In this document: positions 45,303-59,205 of the stretch, piece after piece
How positions within the stretch are numbered: the stretch's first letter is position 1
Layout: every line of letters starts with the position of its first letter
DNA from: the human T2T-CHM13v2.0 reference genome, Homo sapiens
Assembly: GCF_009914755.1 (NCBI RefSeq)
Contig: NC_060936.1
Reading direction: 5' to 3' (one strand)
DNA length: 64,000 nt
Notes under the pieces: generated by a model
The model's database searches: none
What the model was told of the DNA's origin: nothing
The model's input: the letters and a program-made list of their open reading frames with translations, nothing else
Position numbers and translations under genes: made by a program

Positions 45303-48300
45303 GGGTTCCCGAGCTCATGTCATCACCCTCACTGAGCCGTGGGTAAGTTTAACCATTGAGGGCCAGAAAATTGACTTCTTCCTGGACACTGGCACAGCCT
45401 TCTCAGTGTTAATCTCCTGCCCTGGACAGTTTTCCTCAAGGTCAGTTACCATCCAAGGAATCCTGGGACAGCCTGTAACCAGGTATTTCTCCCACCTCCT
45501 CAGTTGTAATTGGGAGACTTTGGTCTTTTCACATGCCTTTCTTGTTATGGATAAAAGTCCCATACCCTTATTAGGGATAGACATATTAGCCAAAGCTGGA
45601 ACTATTATCTACATCAATGTGAGGAACAAATTGCCCATTTGTTGTCCCCTATTTGAGGAGGGAATCAACCCTGAAGTCTGGGCATTGGAAGGACAATTCG
45701 GAAGGGCAAAAAAATGCCCACCCAGTTCAAATCAGGCTAAGAGACTCCACCACTTTTCCTTATTAAAGGCAATATCCCTTAAGGTCTGAAGCTCATAAAG
45801 GATTACACAATATTGTTAGACATTTAAAAGCTTAAGGCTTATTAAGAAAATGCAACAGTCCCTGCAACACCCCATTTCTAGGAGTACAAAAACTGAATGG
45901 TCAGTGGAGACTAATGCAAGATCTTAGACTCATCAATGAGGCAGTAATTCCTCTATATCCAGTTGTACCCAACCCTTACACCCTGCTCTCTCAAAAAGAG
46001 AAGAAGCAGAATGGTTCACAGTTCCAGACCTCAAGGATGCTTTCTTCTGCATTCCCCTGCACTCTGACTCCCAGTTTCTCTTTGCCTTTGAGGATCCCAC
46101 AGACCACACAACCCAACTTACATGGACAGTCTTGCCTTAAGGGTTTAGCAATAGCCCTCATCTGTTTGGTCAGGCACTGGTCCAAGATCTAGGCCACTTC
46201 TCAAGTCCAGGCACTCTGATCCTTCAGTATGTGAATGATTTACTTTTGGCTACCAGCTCAGAAGCCTCATGCCAGCAGGCTACTTTAGATCTCTTGAACT
46301 TTCTAACTAATCAAGGGTACAAAGTGTCTAAATTGAAGGCCCAGCTCTGCCTACAACAAGTCAAATATCTAGGCCTAGTCTTAGCCAGAGGAACCAGGGC
46401 CCTCAGCAAGGAACGAATACAGCCTATACTGGCTTGTCCTCACCCTAAGACATTAAAACAGTTGTGGGAGTTCCTTGGGATCACCAACTTTTGCTGACTA
46501 TGGATCCCTGGATACAGTGAGATGGCCAGGCCACTCTATACTCTAATCAAAGAGACCCAGAGGGCAAATACTCATCTAGTAGAATGGGAACCAGAGGCAG
46601 AAACAGCCTTCAAAACCTTAAAGCAGGCCCTAGTTACAAGCTCTAGCCTTAAGCCTTCCCACAGAACAAAACTTCTCTTTATGCATCACAGAGAGAGTGG
46701 GGATAGTTCTCGGAGTCCTTTCTCAGACTCGTGGGACAACCCCACAACCAGTGGCATACGTAAGTAAGGAAACTTATGAAGTAGCAAAAGGCTGGCCTCA
46801 CTGTTTATGGGTAGTTGCAGCAGTGGCCATCTTAATATCAGAGGCTATCAAAATAATACAAGGAAAGGATCTCACTGTCTGGACTACTCATGATGTAAAT
46901 GGCATACTAGGTGCCAAAGGAAGTTTATGGTTATCAGACAACCACCTGCTTAGCTACTCCTTGAGGGACTGATACTTCAAATACACACATGTGTGGCCCT
47001 CAACCCTGCCGCTTTTCTCCCAGAGGATGGGGAACCAATCGAGCATGACTGCCAACAAATTGTAGCCCAGACTTATGCCACCCAAGAGGATCTCATAGAA
47101 GTCCCCTTAGCTAATCTTGACCTTAACCTGTACTCCAGTGGAAGTTCATTTGTGGAGAATGGGATATGAAGGGCAGGTTATGCCATAGTTAGTGATGTAA
47201 CGGTACTTGAAGGTAAGCCTCTTCCCCCAGGGACCAACACTCAGCAGAGCTAGCAGCACTTACCTGAGCCTTAGAACTGGGAAAGGGAAAAAGAATAAAT
47301 GTGTATACAGATAGCAAGTATGCTTATCTAATACTCCATGCCCATGCTGCAATATGGAAAGAAAGGGAGTTTCAAACCTCTGGTGGAGCCCCCATTAAAT
47401 ACCATAGGGAAATTATGGAGTTATTGCACACAGTGCAAAAACCCAAGGAAGAGGAAGTCTTACACTGCCAAAGCCATCAAAAAAGTGTAGGAGGAAAGGC
47501 AGAAGGAAACCGTCAGGCAGACACTGAGGCCAAAATTGCTGCCAGGCAGAACCTCCCATTAGAAATACCAAGGGAAGGACCCTTGGTATGGAACAACCCT
47601 CTCCAAGAGATTAAGCCCCAGTATTCCCTGACCAAAACAGAATGGGGACTTTCACAGGGGCGTAGTTTTCTCCCCTCGGGGTGGTTAATGGCAGAAAAGG
47701 GAAAGGTACTCATACCTAAAGCCAGCCAGTGGAAAATAGTTAAGACCCTCCACCAAACTTTTTATATGGGTATTAAAAGCCCTCATCAAATGGCCAAATC
47801 CTTATTTACAGGGCCAAATCTCCTCCAGACCATCGGACAAGTAGTCAAAGCCTATGAGGTGTGCCAAAGGAATAATCCCTTGTTCCATCGTAGGGCACCT
47901 CTGGGGGAACAAAGAATAGGGCACTATCCCGAAGAGGACTGGCAGTTAGACTTCACCCATATGCCTAATTCAAGGGGATTTCAATACTTGTTTGTTTGTG
48001 TTGATACATTTACAAATTGGATAGAAGCCTTCGCCTGCCAGACAGAGAATTCTCAGGAAGTGGTTAAAGTCCTAACTCATGAAATAATTCCTAGATTTGG
48101 GCTTCCCCAAAGCTTACAGAGTGACAATGGTCCATTTTTTAAAGCCACGATAACTCAGGGAAATTCCAGGGCGCTAGGGATACAATATCACCTTCACTAC
48201 ACCTGGAGGCCACAATCCTCAGGGAAGGTCAAGAAAGCAAATGAAACACTCAAGAGGCACTTAAGGAAACTAACACAAGAAGCTCATCTCCCATGGCTTA

Positions 48301-48497
48301 CTCTCTTGTCCATGGCCTTGCTGAGAATTTGAAATTCTCCTCACAAAATGGGGTTCAGTCCATATGAAATGCTATATGGACGACTTTTTCTCACAAATTA
48401 CTTCTTACTTGATCAGGAAATGGCCAACTTGGTCAAAGATATCATTTCTTTGGCAAAATACCAACAAAACCTTAAAAACCTACCCGAAGGATGTCAA
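45303..48497 (+). pseudogene. pol: pro-pol relic (protease, RT, RNase H, integrase)
   Basis: FLDTGTAFS; [10 protein letters not shown]; QYVNDLLLA at 46228 (YVDD changed to YVND); YTDSKYA; WQLDFTHM...SDNGP...SSGKVKKAN. Confidence 0.95.
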
Positions 48498-49508
48498 ATA
48501 CAAAATGGTATTTTCTCCAATGGGAAAAATAGAACACAGGGAGACACTCAGTTTGCTCCTAACACCCCTTTCCAGCCGCTCACCGCAGCTACCTTGGCAA
48601 GTACTCTAGGAGTATGGGAAAATGAAAACAACAAATTCACACACTTTTTTTTAACATACACAACAACCAGTTCTGTCTACCCAGCCAAGGTATATTCTTA
48701 TGTGAAACTTAAACCTATATCTGCCTCCCCACCAACTGGACAGGCACCTGCACCTTAGTCTTCCTAAGTCCCAACATTGACATTGCCCCAGGAAATTAGA
48801 CCCTATCAGTGCCCCCTCAAAGCTCAAGTTCATCAGCACAGGGCCATACGACTAATACCCCTACTTACAGGGTTAGGAATGGCCACTGCTACAGGAACCA
48901 GAATAGCCAGTTTATCTACTTCATTATCTTACTACCACACACTCTCAAAGGACTTCTCAGACAGTTTGCAAGAAACAACAAAATCTATCCTTATTCTACA
49001 ATCCCAAATAGATTCTTTGGAAGCAGTGACTCTCCAAAACCGTCGAGGCCTAGACCTCCTCACTGCTAAGAAAGGAGGACTCTGCACCTTCTTAGGGGAA
49101 GAGTGTTGTTTTTACACTAACAAGTCAGGGATAACAGGAGACACCATCCAGCATTTATAGGAAAAGTCTTCTGAAATCAGACAATGCCTTTCAAACTCTT
49201 ATACCAACCTCTGGAGTTGGGTGACATGGCTTCTCCCCTTTCTAGGTCCTGTGACAGCCATCTTGCTATTACTCACCTTCGGGCCCTGTATTTTTAACCT
49301 CCTTGTCAAATTTGTTTCCTCCAGGATCAAGGCCATCAAGCTACAGATGTTCCTACGAATGGAACCCCAAATGAGCTCAACTCACAACTTCTACCAAGAA
49401 CCCCTGGACCAACCCACTGGCCCTTTGACTGGCCTAGAGAGTTCCCCTCTGGAGGACACTACAACTGCAGGGCCCCTTCTTCATCCCTATCCAGCAGAAA
49501 GTAGCTAG
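48498..49508 (+). pseudogene. env: 5'-deleted env relic (end of SU plus TM)
   Basis: AIRLIPLLTGLG fusion peptide, LQNRRGLDLL immunosuppressive domain, CTFLGEECC (CX6CC), WLLPFLGP membrane anchor. Internal stop at 49158-49160. Confidence 0.92.
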
Positions 49509-49564
49509 AGCAGTCATCACCCAATTCCCAACAGCAGTTGGGGTGTCCTGTTTAGAGGGGGGAT

Positions 49565-50040
49565 TGAGAGGTGAAGCCAGCTGGACTTCCTGGGTCAAGT
49601 GGGGGCTTGGAGATCTTTTCTGTCTTAGAAGGAGATTGTAAAAGTCACCAATCAGTGCTCTGTAAAAATGCACCAATCAGTGCTCTGTAACTAGCAAGAG
49701 AATTGAAAAATGCACAATCAGCGCTCTGTAAAATGCACCAAACATCAGGATCCCAAAAGTAGCCAATCTCAGGGAGGATTGAAAAAAGGGCACTCTGACA
49801 GGACAAAAACAGAACATAGGAGGGGACAAATAAGGGAATAAAAGCTGGCTACCCCAGCCAGCAGAGGCAACCTGCTTGCATCCCCTTCCACACTGTGGAA
49901 GCTTTGTTCTTTCGCTCTTCACAATAAACCTTGCTACTGCTCACTCTTTGGGCCCGTGCCACCTTTAAGAGCTGTAACACTCACTGCAAAGGTCTGCGGC
50001 TTCATTCTTCATTCACTGGAAGCAACCAACTTGGGACACA
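49565..50040 (+). promoter_or_regulatory. 3' LTR (476 bp) preceded by a polypurine tract
   Basis: agaggggggat then tgagaggtg; extra CCAAT units; ends gggacaca followed by ccac. Confidence 0.9.
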
Positions 50041-50550
50041 CCACCATGCCTGGTTAATTTTTTGTATTTTCAGTAGAGGTGGGGTTTCACTGTGTTAGCC
50101 AGGATTGTCTTGATCTCCTGACCTCATGATCTGCCTGCCTCTGCCTCCCAAAGTGCTGGGATTACAGGCGTGAGCCGCTATGCCCGGTGAACACATACAT
50201 TTTCAACAGAAGAGCAAGAGAGCATAGAACCCAGAATAGCAGAGGCATATAGGCCCCGTTTTGCAGGAGTCAAATAACTTAATTCTTAGCACAATCCTGT
50301 AAGATGAATTCTGTTATAATCCCACTCTCTAGATAAAGAATTCAAGGCACCAAGAGTTTAGTTCATGAGCAGTAAGAGATTTGGGCCCAAGTGGTTTTGT
50401 GTCAAAGCTTATGCTTGGCATAATTTTTTGATAGAGAGCCAGATGGTAAATATTTTGGAATATTAGTGTTCAAATAGTCTGTGTCACAACTAGTGCCTCT
50501 GCTGTTGTAACATAAAAGCAGCCATAGCCAATGTATAAAAGAATAGCTGT

Positions 50551-50972
50551 CAACTTAAATGCCCATCAATGATAGATTGGATAAAGACGATGTGGTACAT
50601 ATACACTATGGCATACTATGCAGCCATGAAAAACAATGAGATCATATCCTGTGCAGGAACATGGATGGAACTGGAGGTCCTTATCCTTAGCAAACAAACA
50701 CAAGAACAGAAAACCAAATATTGCATGTTTTCACTTATAAGCAGGAGCTAAATGATGAGAACACATGGATACATAGAGGGGAACAGCACACACTTGGGCC
50801 TATTGGAGGGTGGAGGGTGGGAGTGGGGAGAGGATCAGGAAAAATAACTAATGGGTAGTAAGCTTAGTACCTGGGTGATAAAATAATCTGTATAACAAAC
50901 CCCTATGACACATGTATACCTATGTAACAAAGTGGCACATGTAACCCTGAACTTAAAAGTTAAGAAAAAAGA
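50551..50972 (+). mobile_element. Old L1PA 3' end inserted in a MER58-like element
   Basis: ORF 50569-50751 reads DWIKTMWYIYTMAYYAAMKN; 3' UTR; aaaagaat on both flanks. Confidence 0.92.
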
Positions 50973-51205
50973 ATGGGTTATGTATGTGTTCTAATAAAAC
51001 TTTACTTGTAAAAACTGGTGAAGGCCAGAATCTGGGTTGTCACATGGGGCAGGAAGAGATGAGGACTGAGGAAAAGAGGAAGAAGTCAAGACAGAGGAAT
51101 AAGGGAGGAATGCAAATAAGTTCCAAAGATATATTTCAAGCATTTTTAGTATTTTTTTCTTAATTTGCTCCTCCAGCAACAATTTATGTTTATTTATTTA
51201 TTTTT

Positions 51206-51314
51206 AGACTAGTCAAGTGGAGTAGTGGAAGAAGGGAAAGAGTAGAACAAGGAGGTTGATCTGTAACTGACTGTGAACAGTCGATTGAGATAACTCGCTA
51301 CCTTAGGACCAGCC
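51206..51314 (-). pseudogene. RNY1: Y1 RNA retropseudogene
   Basis: Reverse complement ggctggtcctaaggtagcgagttatctcaatcgactgttcacagtcagttacagatc...cacttgactagtct matches Y1. A-rich tail at about 51183-51205. Imperfect TSD cagcaacaattt / cagcaggaattt. Confidence 0.93.
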
Positions 51315-51415
51315 CAGCAGGAATTTTTTAACTGGGCAGGATGGTGATAGGGGAGGTGTATTTTGTCAATCTTTAGCATCATAAGCTCAGAGAAAACATT
51401 TCTGTAGAGATGTAA

Positions 51416-51795
<380 letters not shown>

Positions 51796-53241
51796 TGTTT
51801 TGCCTTTTAAATAATCAACAATGATTTAATAGTCAATTGGTGAATCCTTCCTCAATCCCTGGCTGAAAGGCGGGTGACTACTGTCTCTCTCCCAACCCTC
51901 TTTTGCATTTGCAAAACTGTGGCAGGGAAGAGGCTTGGGAAGTAAGCTCATTTGCCTCCTTGCCACTGGATTAGCAAGCAATGTCTCCTTCTTCCCTGTG
52001 ACAATATCGGGTAGATTGGAGGCAAGTGTAATAGGCACATTTCCGGAGGAGAAAGCTGTGACCCATCCAGTTTGGATAAATGCCCTGTGGTTGGCGGGTC
52101 CAAAGCTCACAGGCAGAGCCTGATATTTTAAACCCAAATTCCTAAATATATTGGTCCTTTGGCCAAAGCTGACCCTTATATGTATTTAGTTTGGCCTGAA
52201 AAACATTTTTATAAAAGAAAATTCAGCTGTTTATATATTTTTAAAGATTTCACTTAAAAGGCTAGATTTCTGTTGACAAATCAGGAGAGTTGGCATTCTG
52301 GATGTTAGAGCCATTACCCCCAAGGCGAGGCTGGTGATGAAATATGAGGAGTGGGAAGCCGGTGGGGCTCAGGGCTTGTTTTCTAGGCTGCTTCTTTTAG
52401 AAACTGCTCTCATGTGTTTACTTAGTCCAAACACTCCATCAAGAAACAAGGTGGCCCAGATTAGAACAGTGTGCTTGCAGCTTCTTGGTTGCTAACATTG
52501 CCACAAAACAAATTACAGCAACAAAAATTTCCTTTTATAATAGCACATCCATAACTGGTATTGCAGAGAGTCTATAACGAGAGACACGGTATAAATACCC
52601 TGGGGCCATGGAAGAGATAGATGAAGAAGAAAAGAAAAAAAGCTTTCTAAACACTATCATAAATAAGTGATTTTTGTTGTTGTGTTGTTGTTTCACTTTG
52701 ACTTTAGAAATAGTGATCAGCTCACGAAATCAAGCATTTTTGAGACAATGAATCTCTCAGCATGGGGGCTAATGAGAGAACAGATAACTGCCTGGGGCTG
52801 AATATCTGATTTTTCAGGGAGAAGAAAAGCTGAAATGAGGGGATAAAGTGCTTATTCTGTTGTGTAAACAGAAAGTGAATTAGAGAGGAACATGTTTATA
52901 TCCTATAAAGTCTAACAGCCACTTAAGTGGATGGTATTATTTGAGAAGACAGAGTTTGCTGCTAATGGCCACTCTGCTCATCTCCCAGCTTGGCAGCTGC
53001 TTAGGCTTAAAAAGCTATGAAAGAACTGGAACAGAGTCCTGCTTAGTGAGTGGACTGAGCACGGGGGGTGATTCTGATGCTCTGTGAGAGACAGCAGGTG
53101 ATTGGGAATAGCCCATGGTTAGAAATCGAGTATATAGGAATTGATGATAGTAGCTAATGTTTTTCCAAGAGCTGATGACATACCAGAGACTACTCCAAAC
53201 AACATTTTGCAAGAATCAATTAATTTTTAAAACAGTCCTAC

Positions 53242-54215
53242 TGATGCAGGATTTTTCTTGGCCCCTTTGCTGGACTCGTTGCAGGGGGCACCCCATCTGC
53301 TCAGCCTGCCATGCTCAGCCCCTGGTGGGAGGGAGCACACAAGGGAGTGAGCGCAGGGTCTGGCAGGCTGTCCGGAGTGCTGACACAGGAGCAAACTACA
53401 TGTAAGGCCCGTGGCCAGACAGGGCATATCACCCCCAGGGGAAGGTGGCAGGGCCCAGGCAGGGGTGCTCATGACCCGGAAGCCCCAGAGGGGGTGTTAC
53501 AGTGTGCTAATGAGCACTTTTAGTTCCACCGCCTTCCTGCAGCTCGACAAATGGTGGTGTGTTAGCCCCTCAGCCAGCCTCTTGCCCTGCTCTGACCCGT
53601 GGCTCTGGGACTGGTGTGGCTCCAGGGCCGGCTACCTCCCCCCATGGCTGCTTCTGTTGCATGGGGCAGCTGCCCTCCACTGGTGAGGGCAAAGGGCCAG
53701 TGTTACAGCCTTTCTGGGTACCCACGTTCACTGAGTCCCAAGCTCTTGTCCAGCATCCAAGAAGAATGAAGTCATGCTGACAATTGAAGGGTAGTAAAGG
53801 TGGAGAATTTTCTTGAGTAATGAAACAGCTCTCAGCAGAGAGGGAACAGGAAGGTTGGGTCATCTCTCCTGAAGTCAGTTCATCTCTCTCAGTGTGTCTG
53901 AGTCTGGGGCTTTTATAGGCACGGGATAGGGGAGTGTGTGCTAACTGGTTTGCGAGTATGCAAAAAAGGTTAAAGCCACCAGTCAGAGGTGGACAGAGTG
54001 TAAAGGCAGTTAGTGTAGATATATGTGAAATAGGTGAAGGGTGGGGATCCATCCAAGGAAAGCACACCAAACAGGAAGACGGGTTCTCAATCCAGTCTGT
54101 GGATTTGACTTGTAGCTTGACCTTCAGGCTTTAAACTGTCTTTGGCTTGAAGATGGGGTTTCACCAGGAACCCATCCCTGTCGGCCTAGGATTTCTCTGC
54201 CTCCTGCCTCTGTCA
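53242..54215 (-). mobile_element. LTR28/LTR27-like solo LTR (ERV1)
   Basis: TG...CA ends, TSD ctac. The reverse complement starts tgacagaggcaggaggcagagaaatcctagg. Confidence 0.85.
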
Positions 54216-55019
54216 CTACAAGGTGAATTCTGTAATAATCCCATGCTCTAGAGAAAGAATTCAAGGCACACAGAGTTTATGCCATGAGTTTTAAGAGATT
54301 GGGGCTTAAGCAGTTTGGTATCAATGCTTATGCTTGGCATAATTTTTTAGTGGAGGGCCAGAAAGTAATTTTAGAGTATTACTGACCAGATGGTCTCTCT
54401 CACAACTATCACCTCTGCTATTGTAGCATAGAAGCAGCCAACGTGTAAAGAAATGGATGTGAATGTTTTCTAATAAAACTTTATTTGTAAAAACTGATGG
54501 GAGCCAGGAGCTGGTCTGTGTACCTTAGCTTGCTAGCACCTCTTCTAAACCTGCTCTGCTCTGCCTGTCAGGAGCATGCTATTCCAGGAAAAGTGGCTGC
54601 AATGATGGGCTCCTGGGCCTTCAGGAACTTGTCCTATATCCTGCTGTGATGTCTCTCTGTCCATTGCTCTGTCTTTGGCCTTGATTCTTAAACTAGAAAC
54701 GGAAGCTAACATATGCCACTTTTCCTCAATTTTTTTCTGAAGTTGTTGTCTTTTTACAGGATTTCTAGTGAGGAGAGGTCAGTGAATACACGAGGAAAGA
54801 TCTCTTTGACAGCACATAGTTAGATGAACTTGGCTTGTAGGAATTGTCTGATGAGGGGGAGGTAAAAGATTATATTTGTATTTCTAAAGGGATAAGTAGG
54901 AAACTGGGAAAAGGGAAGGAGGAGAAAAGAAGATAAAATAATAAAACAACTATCTCCTAGTAAATTAGGGGTTCTCGGTTACAAAATGAACTAGGTTTGT
55001 TTCAATCTGTAGCTCAAAC

Positions 55020-55197
55020 CAGTGTTTCCCAAGCTGTTTCTGCACAGTGGAATTACCAAGAGCTCTTAAAACATGCCTATTCCTGGCTCCCACCCTCTGA
55101 CATTCTGGCTTAATTGCTAGGACCTGAACCTGGTCATTGGGCGATTTAGAAGGTCTCCCAGGTGATTCTAATCTGCAGCACAGTTGAGGAACCACTG
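55020..55197. mobile_element. MER5A hAT element
   Basis: Terminal inverted repeats cagtgtttcccaa / ttgaggaaccactg; tcccaggtgattctaat. Confidence 0.85.
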
Positions 55198-55376
55198 ACG
55201 TAGACTCTTCATCTTATAACAGCCTGTCAGGGGCTTGTGGTTTCTGCTTTGGAGAAGGCAGGGTGAAGGGAAGAGACAATATCTTTGCCTTCTGAGTTTT
55301 GAGCAGTTCTAGCGCCCGGTAAACAGCACCCTAGTAACCTGGCGAATAGACAGATTGGTGAGTGAATAGGTGGATG

Positions 55377-55795
55377 TGTCACAGGCATTTGAACCAGAGC
55401 GACTCCATCTTGAACAGGAGCTGGGTAAAATGAGGCTGAGACTGGCTGGGCTGCATTCCTAGGAGGTGAGGCATTCTAAGTCACAGGATGAGATAGGAGG
55501 TTGGCACAAGGTACATGTCATAAAGACCTTGCTGATAAAACAGTTTGCATTAAAGAAGCCAGCCAAATCCCACCAAAACCAAGATGGCAATGATGTGACC
55601 TCTGTTTGTCCTCACTGCTCATTATAGGCTAATTATAATACACTAGCATGCTAAAAGACACTCCCACCAGCACCATGACAGTTTACAAATGCCATGGCAA
55701 CATCAGGAAGTTCCCCTATATGGTCTAAAAAGGGGAGGAACCTTCAGTTCTGGGAATTGTCCACCCCTTTCCCGGAAAACTCATGAATAATACAC
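55377..55795 (+). mobile_element. MER41 LTR, 3'-truncated
   Basis: tgtcacaggcatttgaaccagagcgactccatcttgaa start. Similarity stops after catgaataat. Confidence 0.9.
55748..55777. promoter_or_regulatory. Tandem GAS (STAT) motifs within MER41
   Basis: TTCTGGGAA at 55748-55756 and TTCCCGGAA at 55769-55777. Confidence 0.6.
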
Positions 55796-56007
55796 TGCTG
55801 ATATCATGGCATAAATCAGAGGAAAGTAAATAGACCAAGATGATCTTTATAAAACTCCTGCAAGTGTTAAGTGTGATTGAACAACAGCATAACACTTTCC
55901 TAACCGATTCCCACAGGTGCATGCATTGAGCTGAGGGCTGGGAGAGCACTTTGTTGGGAGCCCCAGTTAAGGGATTCGTGGTACTCATGAGGAGCAGAGA
56001 TGCATGA

Positions 56008-56316
<309 letters not shown>

Positions 56317-56582
56317 TAGGACTGGGGATTCTTGAAGCTTCTTGCTTCTTATCCAGGCTACCCTGTCTCTGAGAAAAGTATTCAGTGGCTTAGACACATT
56401 TTCTCTTATGTGCTTTTCCACCCACCACATCCCTATACGCCATTTGCTTTCCCCTGGGCTTATCTGTGCCAGGCACAGCCTGCTGCTAGACCATGACCAA
56501 AGGATCACGTGTTTTCACTTTTCTAGAACAAATTATATTTGATTCCTGAAATTCTATTTCAGCAATTTAAACAAATAGAGCT

Positions 56583-57185
56583 TGCAAATCCCAAATATCT
56601 GAGACAGGTCTCAGTCGATTTAGGAAGTTCATTTAGCCAAGGTTAAGGACGAACCTGTGACACAGCCTCAGGAGGTCTTGACAACATGTGCCCAAGGTAG
56701 TTGGGGTACAGCTCGTTTTTATGCATTTTAGGAAGATGCGAGACATCCCTCAGTACATGTAAGATTTACATTGGTTCCATCTGGAAGGGCAGGACAACTG
56801 GAAGGTAGGGGGAGCTTCCAGTTGATAGGTAGATTTATATATATTCTGATTGGCAATTAGTTGAAAGAGTTGTTGAGTTATTATCAATAGAAAGGAATGT
56901 CTGGGTTAGGATAAGGAGTTGTGGAGATCTAGGTTTTATCATGCAGATGAAGCCTCCAGGTTGCAGGCTTTAGAGAGAATAAATTGCAAATGTTTCTTAT
57001 CAAATTTAAGATTTGTGTCGATGTTAATGCTGGAGGGGCATAATGAGGCGTGTTGGATCCCCACTTCCCGTCATGGCCTGAACCAGTTTTTCAGATTAAA
57101 TTTTACAGTACTCTGGCGAGGAGGAAGTTCATTTAGATGCTGGAGCGATGAGTGGGAGGCCTTCAAATTTTATTTTTGGTTTACA
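56583..57185 (-). mobile_element. MER4-family solo LTR in the pseudogene's last intron
   Basis: tatctgagacaggtctcagtc and tttttggtttaca termini; TSD agct/ggct. Confidence 0.9.
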
Positions 57186-57719
57186 GGCTAAAAGGCACCA
57201 ATTCCTGTTGGTTTATATTAATTATTAACAACTCTTAAACCACAGACCCATCTTTGAACTTGAAGCCAATCTGTTTCAATTATCCCAAGTTCACTGTGTC
57301 TTCAAGCATGCCAATCTCCCATAATGCATCTTTCCTCAGATACTTTTAGCATGGCTTCCTAATAAAAATGCTTGACAGGATCTTGTCTTGAGCCTGATTA
57401 GTTGCACCTGAAATTGATTCAAATGTGTCATGTGATCTTTCAAACTCTTTTGGAAACGTCAAAGTCACATTCTGTTATATGACATTCAATCAGTTAATAT
57501 ACACATGACTGAATTCATTAAAGTATATCTTTTTTCCTTGCACCACTGGAGCTAGAAACTATTATTGATGTCAGTTGAATATATGACAGCCACTGTTCTG
57601 GATTCTGAAACACAGAAGCTTATTTTCCTTGTTATGCAGAAAACGTATTTTATAGGAGACCACATTTGTGCACATGTTCACAAATTTGAAAGAACCTGCG
57701 TTGGTTTCACTTTCTTTAG

Positions 57720-58511
<792 letters not shown>

Positions 58512-59004
58512 ACTTCTTTCTTATGTTTGTATTCATCTGCATATCTTTTGGTTTCTTAAATAGTGAAGTGGTGAGTTTTATCGTCAATAGAGGATGATTT
58601 AGCAAAGCCTAATTTGTGGAAGTCTTGTAGGATCCCTTTCTAGGCAGGTAACAGAGGTTTGAAGAAGATGGCTTTTAAGTGAGGGTGTGCCCCAGACAAT
58701 GACAAGGAGATGCTGGAAACATCATAGGACAACATTTTCACATACTTCCTGGAACCAGTGCTATACAATAAATCTAAGACTTTTGATGTTACTAGTCATC
58801 TGCGGGTAAACAGCCACTTGGAATTAGAAAGGATTTGGGTATTGATTTTTCTATTCTTAATCTCTTGCGAAGCATAGTGGCCACCGCTTGTCCTTGGCCT
58901 GAGAGTAGGTGCATATAAAAGATAATGGAATGTTACCACCCTTATTTGGAATGAGCACTGCTCTTGTTTTGAGTACTTGGGCAAAAGGCTGGGACTAAGG
59001 AGTG

Positions 59005-59205
59005 GCTGCCAGAGGGTAGTGGACGGTGCTGCAGTGTACTGCAGGATGCTGGAGGTTGCTTCAGGGTGGCAGAGGGTGCTGGAGGGTGCTGGAGGCTGCT
59101 GGAAAGTGCTAGAGGGTGCTGGAGTGCACAGCAGGGTGCTGCTGAAGGGTGCTGGAGGGTGCTGCAGGGTGCTGGAGGGTGCTGCGGGGTACTGCAGGGT
59201 GTACT
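59005..59205. repeat. 10-bp minisatellite (gctggagggt)n, about 20 degenerate copies
   Basis: 10-nt periodicity is directly visible. Confidence 0.9.

Larger units (their letters stand above)
42235..50040 (+). mobile_element. Defective ERV9-group provirus (LTR12/LTR12F-like LTRs)
   Basis: Two LTRs starting tgagaggtgaagccagctggacttcc, 4-bp TSD ccac, PBS, gag-pro-pol-env relics, polypurine tract. Confidence 0.96.
41575..50187 (-). mobile_element. One AluSc-like element split in three (41575-41661, 42168-42234, 50041-50187)
   Basis: The pieces join into one continuous Alu. Outer TSD tgaaacacatac (41563-41574) / tgaacacatac (50188-50198). Confidence 0.93.

Noticed and set aside
47301-48332. 343-aa RNase H/integrase ORF as a domesticated gene
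   Set aside because: GTG start, HHCC damaged (HQTFY, YEVC), catalytic Glu changed to Lys (GKVKKAN), premature stop.
48498-49508. Syncytin-like env
   Set aside because: No signal peptide, most of SU deleted, frameshifts, furin site lost, stop before the membrane anchor.
59005-59205. CRISPR-like array or coding repeat
   Set aside because: No unique spacers, no cas genes, primate context; the ORFs are repeat translations.
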